Source: Acidimicrobiales bacterium
GTDB taxonomy: Bacteria; Actinomycetota; Acidimicrobiia; Acidimicrobiales; Palsa-688
DNA length: 40,327 nucleotides
Assembly: GCA_050744105.1 (NCBI GenBank)
Contig: JBOGGP010000001.1
Coordinates: 1 to 40,327 of the forward strand
Reading direction: 5' to 3'
Positions 32,001 through 40,187 of the stretch are shown here, piece after piece; positions within the stretch are counted from its first letter, which is position 1, and the number at the start of each line of letters is the position of its first letter. The position numbers and the translations under genes are program-made. Under the pieces are notes generated by a model. The model worked only from the letters and a program-made list of their open reading frames with translations, was not told the origin of the DNA and did no database searches.

Positions 32001-32339
32001 GGCGAGCCACGCAGCCAGATGGGAAAGGTGGGCCGCGGCGCGACTGGGCGGGAACCGGGCCAGGTCACGATCCGCGGCCAGCGACCGTAGCGCCCGTTCG
32101 AAGCGCGAGATCGGGAAGTCGGCACCGAGCCCGGGGTCGGGAGCGGCCCCGAGCAGGAGCCGGGTGGGCCGGCCGGCCTGTACCAGCGTGGCCAGGTGGT
32201 GGAGGCCGGCCAGGTTGACGTACCCGGTGGCCACGGCGAGGGGGTGGGAGGTGCCGATGTCGCCGAGCAGGTAGCCGAGGGCGCCGGCGTGGGTCGTCTC
32301 GTCCCCCAGGTTGTCGAGCAGGTAGGGCCGCCCGGGCAT
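29058..32339 (-). CDS. PLD-family (single HKD) nuclease domain fused to an SNF2/SF2 helicase, with a long C-terminal extension (about 1093 aa)
   Basis: Track ORF 29058..32606 trimmed to ATG 32339 (MPGRPYLLDNLGD...). HKD motif HGKAYLF...LVTSANLT. Helicase motifs DGVGTGKT (I), VVDEAHALRN (II), LLTATPINN (III), STDILSEGQNLQ (V) and QRNGRVIRL (VI). The start lies 2 nt after the methyltransferase stop. Confidence 0.9.
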   Translation of the reverse strand: MPGRPYLLDNLGDETTHAGALGYLLGDIGTSHPLAVATGYVNLAGLHHLATLVQAGRPTRLLLGAAPDPGLGADFPISRFERALRSLAADRDLARFPPSRAAAHLSHLAAWLAEPSVEVRRYVTRFLHGKAYLFGTTADARAALVTSANLTGAGLFANLELGLAHYDPPVAGAALKWFERLWADAADYKEALQALLFPDPGLVEPETVYLRALLELYGDDLEAPLPPSTISAVALAGFQRDGYEQALRIVAQHHGVIYADGVGTGKTEIGLAFIEEYALHRGHHALVVAPAQLVANWTERIDAARLPAQVVSYQQLAGDEQLAPDAAHRRRHLHAGRDTYRLVVVDEAHALRNPDTTWRRALERLLGGERKDLVLLTATPINNGLWDLYHLVMAFARHDRAFAPIGIDSARDLFVRAGASERDPGNLDPDVLFPLADAVSVRRDRRFIEDRYPGATFPDGTPVRFPTPVLVTARYDLDQAHPGLVPDITASIGGLTMARYRPSAWEIGAEEEAAEAALGGLLQSGVLKRFESCWAACLSTVSRMLAAHDAFIAAWDDHGVVASRAALRAAALAEVDDAGLASWVAEEVAGDAGSRPSGEFRPDYRDAVAADREVLSRIRDRLAGLDADSDPKLVLLRRLLEGSPSAKVAVFAGFGDTVDYLDRHLAPGFAGRERVVVIGSASDPDSRAAALARFSPKTVVRPDYVPADGEVDLLLSTDILSEGQNLQQAGAVISYDMPWNPQRVVQRNGRVIRLKSDHDTVRLTTMLPEPGALEEILRLEATILRKIFAASVYGMESGVIEGVEVELRSYAARLAAGDETLLDDDGDAGQGGAFSGEDLRAVVLRAISEGETQRLRGLPWGIGAAFRQGPSGPLSGRQAPGVPSTGTPGLFFACRTRGGERYWRYVEADGPDTDIRVTDVESEMLRRINPGSAPGVSLSDGGVNLEDAWQAAVADIVAAHNRRGDPRYAQERIGPAQRFAVDLLRDPTVTLPVGAAAAEEALSVERSSSVRQALSEVRARLVDATISADRAAQDIVAVVDSYGLQPVEAPPLLEPITEDDLGVVCWMAVLPATRTPDPPAGTTKASVASLTEF

Positions 32340-32341
32340 GC

Positions 32342-35300
32342 CTACGGCTTGTCGGACAGCACGGAGAGCTCGGCCAGCCGGCGGCGGAGGGCCTGGCGGT
32401 AGGCGGCGGGCACGGCGCCGGCGGTGAAGTCCCCGAGGACCAGGTCCAGCTCGCCGGCGCTCAGGCTCCACGAGCGGGCCACCCGGGCGTCGATCTCGAC
32501 TCGCAGCCGCCGGCGCTCCTCCTCGGGAAGGGGTCCGGGCTCGATGCCGAAGGACCCGGCGAAGTCGGCGTAGCGGTCGTCCACGCACGACAGGCGGGCG
32601 GAGCACTCGGCCACCGCCTCGAAGTCCTCGTCGCCGAGATCGGGGACCACCAGGCCTTCGAGGATGAAGAAGTTGAGGTTGATCTCCACGAAGCGGCGGG
32701 CCTGCCAGTCGAAGGGGAGGCTGTCCATGATCGCCAGGCAGGCGGCCCGCTCGCGATCGTCGCCCGCGGCGAAGGCCAGGTAGGGCGCCTTGTTGGTGAG
32801 AAAGACCCCCGGCGGGACGAGGCAGGCCCGGACAGTGCGCGAGTCGTTGCTCCGGCTCACGTCCCGGAAGGCCACCCGGGCCGGGTCGATCTGGTCGGCC
32901 ACGGCCCGGCGGCGGACCGCCACCGGGATCTCTGCGGCCAGGATCGAGCCACTACCTGGGCGCAACTTGGTGACCTTCTGGCGGACCGCCTCGGTGTCGG
33001 GGCAGGGGCGGGCGCCGGCTCCGTGGGGGTCGTAGCCGTCGAAGCTCTCGCCCTTCCACAGGGGCCGGCCGCTGCTGGCGCCCTGCCACAGGCGGCGATC
33101 GTTGGTCTCGTCAAGTTCCCGAACGGGTAAGCAGCGCCAGCGGCCCGCCGGCCCATGGGGGAAGGCGTGGCCCACCCGCACCTTGGCCAGCAGGTCGGCC
33201 TCGGCCTGGGTGCCGATGAGCGGCGTCGCCCATCCGGGGCCGAACGCTTCCCGGCGCAGGGCGATCCCCGGCGACGCCACCTGGGCTTCCCAGGCGGGGA
33301 GCGAGTCGGCGGGCCCGGCCACGCGCACCTCATGATCAGCACTGGGAGCCCTTCGTTCTGCGGCCACCAGGGCGACGCCATATTGGGGGTGGGTGTCGAA
33401 CATCCACAGGCGCCGGTTGATGAGGAAGTCCGTGCGACGGCACGTGGTCTCCTCGAATCGCCAGCGCCGGAAGCCCTCGGACCCGTCGGTGACGAACGTG
33501 CTCCTCGGCAGCACCACCCCGAGCGCGCCCCCGTCGCGCAGCACCGCCCGGTAGCGCTGGCAGAACAGCTTGTAGAGGTCCGGGTCGCTGGGCATCGCCT
33601 GGTACTCACCGGCTCCGACGTACCGGCGCACTGTGGCCGCCTCGGCCTGGGCCTCCGCTAGGAGGACAGGAAGCTCCGGTCGCTCGGCCACGAGCTGGTC
33701 GATAGCAGCGGCCCGAGCTGCTTCGGGCAGGCCTCGCAAGTCCGGTCGGTACAGCCCGTAGAACGCCAAAGCCTCGACCGTCACCTCCTCCCACGGGGGA
33801 TTCCCGACGACCGCGTCGAAGCCGGGCTGGGACCGGGAGAAGACGCGGGGGAAAGCGAGCGGCCAGTGCAAGAAGCGATGCCGCTCCCCTTTCTCCTCCG
33901 CGGCATCTACGAGTCGGTTGGTGCGCCCCTCGATGATCGCCGCGCCGTGCAGCTCGGCCTCCTGGCGGCCCCCGGCGACGCCGAACGGCTCGGCCGTCCA
34001 CAGGTCGAAGAGGCGCTGCAGGCCGGCGACGGCGTGGTGGGCCTCGGCGTCGGCCGCCTCGCTGGCGGAGACCTCCTCGGGGGTGCGGTCCTCGCCTTCG
34101 GCCACCCGCAAGGCGGCCTCTCCGGCGGCGGCCAGGGCGGCGGACACCGCCTCGTCGAGCATGCCGGGCTGGTCGGGGTGGGTGACGCGTAGAGCCTCGG
34201 GCCGGGCCACGCCGACGAGAGAGTTGCCGACCACGACGTTGCGGCCCAGGTAGGCCAGTGACAGGCCGGGGACGAACGACGCCAGCCACAGCGACAGCTT
34301 GGCCACTTCGGCTCCTATTGGGGCTCACGTCCACGCCGAACACGCAGCGCTTGAGCACCAGCCGGCGCAGGAGGGCCACGTCCTCGATCACCGCGCCGGG
34401 GCTGGCACCGGCCCGCAGGCGGTCCAGGGCGCCGCGGACGGCGGGAAGCGGGCTCTGGCCGAGGAAGCGGACCACGGCGTCGGCCAGCTCGTTGACGACT
34501 ACGACCAGGAAGTGGGCGCTCCCGCAGGCGGGGTCGAGCACGGCGAAGTCGAACAGCTCGGCGGCGGCGGCGGCCGGGTCCTCGCTTATCCGGCTGCGCA
34601 CCCGTGCGAGGTGGGCCTCGAAGGCCGGCACCACCGTCTGGCGCACCAGGTGACGGACCAGCTCGCTGCGGGTGTAGTACACGCCGCCGCTCTTGCGGCC
34701 CCCCTCGTGGGTCTGCCACAGCAGGTCACCGGCCTCGATCTCCGGTGCCTCACCCGACCGGGCCGGCCGGTAGCGATCGGCGCGAGCGTCGTAGACCAGC
34801 GGCGCGTCCGCCACCGACAGGTGCAACGACAGCAGGTCCTCGTAGATGTGGCCCAGCTGGCCGATCTCCAGGGTCGAGTAGTCGACGCCCTCGCCAGTCT
34901 CGGGGTCGCGGCCGATCGCCGCCAGGACGGCGGCGAAGTCGGGGTCGGCGATCTGGGCCCGTTCGAGGGTGGCGGCGCCGTCAAAGCCGTCGGCCGCGAA
35001 GAGCGCCCCGTTGTAGGCGGGGACCCCCCATGCCGGGTTCCCGGTGCGCATGGCCTTGACCAGCAGCATGAAGCGATCCCACAAGGAGGTCGAGCGCGAG
35101 CCGACCCGGTCGGCGCTCTCGGCTGCCTCCTCGGCCAGGGCGGCGAGGGAGGCCTGGCGGTAGGCACGGTTGTCTGTCGGCAGGTAGCCAGCACTCTCGG
35201 CGTAGGCGACGAACAACACCCGGAACACCAGCGTCATGGCCGCCCGCTCCAACTCGTCTCGGGTGCCCTCGACGGTGGCGTCGTGGCCCTGGGCGCCCGC

Positions 35301-36329
35301 CCAGCGGCCGAGGGCGCGTGCGATGGTAGGCATCACCGACTGCCGGAGGGTCTTGTCCACCCGCTGGCGCAGGGCGGCCCCGAAGCTCTGGGCCTCGGCG
35401 ACGAGGACCTCGAACCCGCCGGCCCCCAGGTAGTCCGGGCCGAGCAGGGCCAGGAACGGAAGGTCGTCGGGTTGGAGGGCGGCGGCATCCATGTCCACGT
35501 AGCGCGATGCCGCCGATCCGAGCCGGGGGTCGGCTTGGAACAGCCTCAGCCGCCCGGCGCAGGCCAGCAGGCCGAAGGGGGCACCGTCGGCGGCGCAGTC
35601 GTTGAGCAGCAGCCCCTCGGGGGGACGTCCGTCGTCGTCGAGACGTGACAGGGCGGCGGGCTCCCGGACGGGGTGGACGACGGCGACAGGGCGCCCGTCG
35701 TAGCGGGCCAGGAAGCCCCGGTGGCGCCGGCGCTCCAGCTGGTAGCCGAGTTCGGTCAAGACCGCACGCCAATCCGAATGGCGGCCGATGCCCTTGGCGG
35801 TGTCCCGGGCTGCGGCCCAGCGGGCCGGGTCGCGGCGGAGCCGGACGTCGAGGGTGTGCAGCGTCAGCAGGCCGGCCAGCTTGAGGCCGGGCACGCCGGC
35901 CTGGTCGAGGCGGTCCAGCTCGGCGGCCAGCTCCCGCACGGCGTCCAGCCGGGGGCGGCCGTCCAGCCGGGCCAGCACCTCGAAGAGGGAACCCGCCTCG
36001 ACCGACCGCAGGGGCCCGGACCCGTCGGCCACGCCGAGGACGGCCAGGCAGCCGGGGCGGGCCGGGTCGTCGGACACCAGCAGCAAAGGGACGGCGCCGC
36101 CGCCGCGACGGTCCCGCCACAGCTTGCGCAGCGTTCGCTCGCTGGCCGGCGCGGCGACGGCAACCTCGATCCCGGCGACCAGGACGGCGGCGGACAGCGG
36201 CGGGTTGACCGGGACGCGCCGCGCCGAGGGCCCGGCGAGCAGCGCGGCGACGACCTCCTCGGCCTTCACCGGCAGCACGGATACGACACGTGGCCACGAT
36301 AACTGTGGCCGCCTCACGACCAGGGCCAT
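32342..36329 (-). pseudogene. Very large gamma-class N6-adenine DNA methyltransferase (Eco57I/PglX/type IIG-like architecture), interrupted by a single frameshift near 34306-34316
   Basis: Two overlapping track ORFs (33606..36440 and 32342..34306). The upstream frame carries motif I (VLDPACGSAHFLVVV) and ends sensibly at CVFGVDVSP. The downstream frame continues (I)GAEVAKLSLWLASF... to HWPLAFPRVF...FDAVVGNPPWEEV (motif IV) and a ~500-aa C-terminal region. The span length is 3n+1. Proposed start ATG 36329, 6 nt after GGGGGAG. Confidence 0.85.
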
Positions 36330-36502
36330 GACGGCTCCCCCAGGTTGCAGTACGGGCGGGACGCGAGGGGAGTCGGTTGTCCAGCATCGCGCCGGGGTGT
36401 GACATCGCGACTGCTCGAGCGAGGAACCAGGCCCAGGCATGTGACGGGGAGAGCTCCGTCTGCCGGTCGCCTACCGACCTCCCCGGGTCCGCAACGCCTT
36501 TC

Positions 36503-36533
36503 TTGACCTTCCAGTAACTGGAAGGCATACAAT
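36503..36533 (+). promoter_or_regulatory. MerR/CueR-type promoter: -35 TTGACC, 19-nt spacer containing the dyad CCTTCC-N7-GGAAGG, -10 TACAAT
   Basis: TTGACC at 36503-36508, dyad at 36507-36525, TACAAT at 36528-36533. From memory the half-sites match the CueR operator of E. coli PcopA (unverified). A merR-family gene closes the operon. Confidence 0.75.
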
Positions 36534-36556
36534 GAGGACAGGTCCCCAGCAGAGAG

Positions 36557-36772
36557 GTGAACGCCGTGGAGGAGATCGTGTTGACCGTGACCGGTATGGA
36601 CTGCCGGGCGTGCGAGGAGCGCATCGAGCGGGCCGTGGGCAAGCTGGGCGGGGTGCGGCGGGTGTCCGCCGACCACACCGCCGGCCAGGTGCGGGTGGTG
36701 CTCGATCAGTCCGGGCCCGAAGCTGCGGTGCGGACCGGTATCGCCGCCGCTGGATTCGGGGTGAAGCCATGA
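36557..36772 (+). CDS. copZ: Heavy-metal-associated (HMA) metallochaperone, CopZ-like
   Basis: 71 aa, LTVTGMDCRACEERIERAVGKLGGV (GMxCxxC motif). ATGA overlap with the ATPase start. Confidence 0.85.
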   Translation: MNAVEEIVLTVTGMDCRACEERIERAVGKLGGVRRVSADHTAGQVRVVLDQSGPEAAVRTGIAAAGFGVKP

Positions 36773-39261
36773 GCGCCGTAGCCACCCAGAAGCCAGAGAG
36801 CGAGACCGAGGACCGGGCTTCGCGCTACTGGGCTGAGGCGCGGCCCGGGGGCGGCGCCCGGTTCCGGGTGAAGATCGGTGGTCTGCACTGCTCGTTGTGC
36901 ACCGGCACCATCGAGGCGGCCCTGGGCCGCCGCGACGGGGTGGACAAGGTGGCCGTCAGCCTCACCCACGAGCAGGCCCTGGTCGACTACGACCCGGCCC
37001 GGGTGAGCCCCGAGGAGCTGGTCGGCACCCTCAAAGACATCGGCTACACCATCTGGGATCCCCGCAAGACCCGCCCCTACGAGGAGGAAGAAGCGGCCCT
37101 GGTCAAGGAGGGCCGTCGGCTGTCGGTGGCCATCGGGGCCAGCCTGGCCGCCGTCGCCCTGATCGTGGACCTGGCCGACCCCGCCGCCTACGCCATCCCC
37201 GTGCTGGTCGGCGCCTTCCTGTTGAGCGCGAGCTACCTGGTGCTCCGGGGCCAAGGCCAGAAGATCGCCGCCGGCGGCACCCTGGCCGCAGCGGCAGTGG
37301 GCGGGGCAGCCCTGGCCGCCAACGCCACCGGCGCCGCCCGAGGGGCCACCCCCTATGTGGTGGGCGTGCTGGCCGCGGCCGTGGTCTTCGGTCTGGCCAA
37401 CCACATCTTGTCGATGGCCGCCCAGTCGCTGCGCCGGGGCATCCTCAACCAGCACGTGATGCTCGAAGCCGGGGCGTTCGCCGGTCTGGCCGGCGGCACC
37501 GTCGGTTTGGCCGCCCGCTACCACGGCTTCCCTACCGCGGCGTTCTTCGCCGTGTCGGTGCTGGTAGTCAACTACCACGTCTTCTCCGAGTGGCTGTCGC
37601 TGCTGGTCAAGACCCGCAGCTCCCAGGCCGTCAAGGGCCTGCTGGACCTCGCGCCCGACGTCGCCCGGGTCATCAGGGACGGGGCCGAGGTCGAGGTCCC
37701 CCTCGCCGAGGTCAGCCTGGCCGAGTTGGTCCGGGTCCGCCCCGGTGAGCGGATCCCCCTCGACGGGACCGTCGCCCACGGGCACTCTGCGGTCAACCAG
37801 GCCCTGGTCACCGGCGAGCCCGTCCCCGTCGAAGCCGGCGTCGGCGACACGGTGATCGGCGGGTCGATCAACTCCACCGGCACCCTGGTGGTCGAGGTGA
37901 GGGCGCTGGGCGACGAGGGCTTCTTGGCCCAGGTGGTGCGCCAGGTCGAGGACGCCCGGGCCCTCAAGCCCGGCATCTTGCAGCTGGTGGACCGCATCCT
38001 GCGGGTCTACACCCCGACCGTGCTGTCGATCTCGGTGCTCGCCCTGCTCGGCTGGCTGGCGGGTAGCTGGGCGGTCACCGGCACCGTCGACGTGCAGCGG
38101 GCCGTCTTCGCCGCCCTGTCGGTGCTGGTCATGGGCTACCCGTGCGCGGTCGGGATCGCCGCGCCGCTCTCGATCGTGCGGGGCGGCGGGGAGGCCGCCG
38201 ACGCCGGCATCCTCATGCGCACCGGGGAGGCCTTCCAGTCGTTCCGGTCGGTGGGCACCGTGGTGTTGGACAAGACCGGGACCCTGACCGAGGGCCGCCC
38301 GGCGTTGCGGGAGGTCCTGGCTGCGGGTGGGACCAACGACGACGAGGTCGTCTCCTTGGCCGCGGCGGCGGAAGCCCCTTCGGAGCATCCCCTGGCCCGG
38401 GCCATCGTCGACGCCGCCTTGGACCGGGACCTTTCCGTGGTGGGCACCGAGGACTTCGAGTCCCTCACCGGCCAGGGGGTCCGGGCCCGGGTCGCCGGCC
38501 GCCAGGTGGTGGTCGGCCGGTCCTCGCTGCTCGCCGGCGACGGCGTCGACGTCACGGCGCTGGCCGAGCGCATCGAGGCCCTCGAGGAGGCCGGTCGCAC
38601 CGTGGTCGCCGTCGCCGGCGACGGTGTCCTGATCGGGGCGCTCGCCCTCGGCGACGAGCTGCGCCCCGACGCCCCCCAAGCCGTGGCCGCCATACGCGCC
38701 GCCGGCCTGCACCCGGTGCTCGTCACCGGCGACAACCCCAGAGCCGCCGCTCAGGTGGCGGCCCAGGTCGGCATCCACACCGTGCACGCCGGGGTGCTCC
38801 CCGGCGACAAGGCCGGCATCGTGGCGGACCTGCAGGCTGCGGGTTCGGTGGCCATGGTCGGCGACGGCATCAACGACGCCCCCGCCCTCATGCAGGCCAA
38901 CGTGGGCCTGGCCATGGGCGGTGGGACCGACATCGCCATGGAATCGGCCGACATCATCATCTTGTCCAACCGGCTGACCTCGGTGATGGTGGCCCGGGAC
39001 ATCTCCGCTCGCTCCTACCGCAAGACCCGCCAGAACGTGGCCCTGGCCTTCGCCTTCAACGGGTTGGGCATCCCCCTGGCCGCCACCGGGCTGCTCTACC
39101 CGGTGTGGGCCATGGCGGCCATGGCCGTCAGCGTGACCGCCATCTTCGCCAACTCCCTGTGGGGGCGCCCGGCCCTGCTCTTCGACGCCGTGGGCAGCGT
39201 CGGGCACCACCAAGAGCCCAGCGGTGAGGCGAAAGAGGCTGCGGTGGCCAGGGTGCCATGA
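36769..39261 (+). CDS. P1B-type heavy-metal-translocating ATPase with atypical transmembrane metal-site residues
   Basis: Track ORF 36532..39261 trimmed to ATG 36769 (MSAVATQKPE...). N-terminal HMA-like GGLHCSLCTGTIE. Motifs DKTGTLT, TGDN and GDGINDAP. TM motif YPC (MGYPCAVGIAAP) in place of CPC. Confidence 0.92.
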   Translation: MSAVATQKPESETEDRASRYWAEARPGGGARFRVKIGGLHCSLCTGTIEAALGRRDGVDKVAVSLTHEQALVDYDPARVSPEELVGTLKDIGYTIWDPRKTRPYEEEEAALVKEGRRLSVAIGASLAAVALIVDLADPAAYAIPVLVGAFLLSASYLVLRGQGQKIAAGGTLAAAAVGGAALAANATGAARGATPYVVGVLAAAVVFGLANHILSMAAQSLRRGILNQHVMLEAGAFAGLAGGTVGLAARYHGFPTAAFFAVSVLVVNYHVFSEWLSLLVKTRSSQAVKGLLDLAPDVARVIRDGAEVEVPLAEVSLAELVRVRPGERIPLDGTVAHGHSAVNQALVTGEPVPVEAGVGDTVIGGSINSTGTLVVEVRALGDEGFLAQVVRQVEDARALKPGILQLVDRILRVYTPTVLSISVLALLGWLAGSWAVTGTVDVQRAVFAALSVLVMGYPCAVGIAAPLSIVRGGGEAADAGILMRTGEAFQSFRSVGTVVLDKTGTLTEGRPALREVLAAGGTNDDEVVSLAAAAEAPSEHPLARAIVDAALDRDLSVVGTEDFESLTGQGVRARVAGRQVVVGRSSLLAGDGVDVTALAERIEALEEAGRTVVAVAGDGVLIGALALGDELRPDAPQAVAAIRAAGLHPVLVTGDNPRAAAQVAAQVGIHTVHAGVLPGDKAGIVADLQAAGSVAMVGDGINDAPALMQANVGLAMGGGTDIAMESADIIILSNRLTSVMVARDISARSYRKTRQNVALAFAFNGLGIPLAATGLLYPVWAMAAMAVSVTAIFANSLWGRPALLFDAVGSVGHHQEPSGEAKEAAVARVP

Positions 39262-39680
39262 GGATCGGGGAGGTCGCCGGCGCCGTAGGGGTCAACCCCA
39301 AGACCATCCGGTACTACGAGGAGATCGGCCTGCTACCTGATCCACAACGCACCCCTTCGGGCTACCGGGACTACACCGACGAGGACCGGTCCCGCCTGGT
39401 GTTCGTCAAGACCGCCCGACGCCTCGGGCTGTCCCTGGCCGACATCGGTGAGATCCTGGCGTTGCGAGAACGCGGCGAACGGCCCTGCGACTACGTGCTC
39501 GGCGTGCTCGACCGCCAGGTCGCCGACGTCGACCGGCGTATCGCCGAGCTGGAGGCCCTGCGGGCCGAGCTGGCCGGCCTGAGGTCCCAGACCGACCGAC
39601 TGCCCGGGACCGACACCGGCTATTGCTCGCTCATCGAGCACGCCGCGGCGATGGCCGGTAGCTCCATCACCTCTTGCTGA
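39258..39680 (+). CDS. MerR-family metal-responsive transcriptional regulator (CueR/ZntR-like)
   Basis: MRIGEVAGAVGVNPKTIRYYEEIGLLP...GYRDY is the MerR HTH. It also has a coiled-coil dimerisation helix and Cys residues in ERPCDYV and GYCSLIEH. ATGA overlap with the ATPase stop. Confidence 0.9.
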   Translation: MRIGEVAGAVGVNPKTIRYYEEIGLLPDPQRTPSGYRDYTDEDRSRLVFVKTARRLGLSLADIGEILALRERGERPCDYVLGVLDRQVADVDRRIAELEALRAELAGLRSQTDRLPGTDTGYCSLIEHAAAMAGSSITSC

Positions 39681-39704
39681 TATCACGCTAGCTAGTATCA
39701 TCGT

Positions 39705-39959
39705 ATGGTGATACCCCGGAGCGAGGAGCCCGAGGAGTACGTGATCTCGGTCCCATCCGACCTCGGTGCGGCAATCAAGCGCTACCGGATGGCCAAGGGC
39801 GTCACACAACGGCAGGCGGGGGACCTCGAAGGCGTAGGGCAATCCTATCTGTCTGCCCTCGAAGCCGGAAAGTTCGGGTAATCGCTCAGGCACGCCCTCC
39901 GGCTCCTCAGGCTGCTCGGGTTCGAGGTGGTGGTTCGACCCAGGGCCTCCGGTGGCTGA
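39705..39959 (+). pseudogene. HipB/XRE-family antitoxin-like gene with an in-frame TAA (39879-39881)
   Basis: Own translation: MVIPRSEEPEEYVISVPSDLGAAIKRYRMAKGVTQRQAGDLEGVGQSYLSALEAGKFG-TAA-SLRHALRLLRLLGFEVVVRPRASGG-TGA. The HTH and the C-terminal GFEV strand are typical of HipB. Below the track's apparent ~60-aa cutoff. Confidence 0.45.
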
Positions 39960-40187
39960 CAAGCTCGTAGCCTGGCTCTACGGGACCCCCGTCGCTCTCT
40001 TCCTTTGGAAGAGGTAACCCGACAAGACCTTCTTGACGAGGGAAGGAGCTGGGGTATGCGCTCGCAGACCGCAGCCGAGATCATCGACCACACCCTGCTG
40101 GGAATCAGCGCCGCCGAGATCGCTCAGCCGTGGTTGGTCAAGGTGGTCTCCTCGAACCTCAAGCGAGTGTGTCGAACGGGCGCCTAG
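39952..40187 (+). pseudogene. HipA-like toxin remnant (N-terminal ~20 codons and C-terminal ~60 codons; kinase core deleted)
   Basis: A GTG at 39952 overlaps the hipB-like stop (GTGGCTGA). It reads VADKLVAWLYGTPVALF..., like the HipA N-terminus, then hits a stop. Track ORF 40005..40187 resembles a HipA C-terminal helix region. Weak, impression-level call. Confidence 0.3.

Noticed and set aside
29460-32090. 876-aa plus-strand ORF
   Set aside because: Antisense shadow of the PLD-SNF2 helicase gene. No motifs; biased composition.
34300-34320. Programmed +1 ribosomal frameshift (CCC-AAU-AGG) restoring the methyltransferase
   Set aside because: There is no canonical shifty/hungry-codon arrangement or upstream SD-like stimulator. 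A simple 1-nt indel in a 4-base homopolymer is more parsimonious.
36706-39213. 835-aa minus-strand ORF
   Set aside because: Antisense shadow of the P1B-ATPase gene. Low-complexity G/R/H/D-rich translation.
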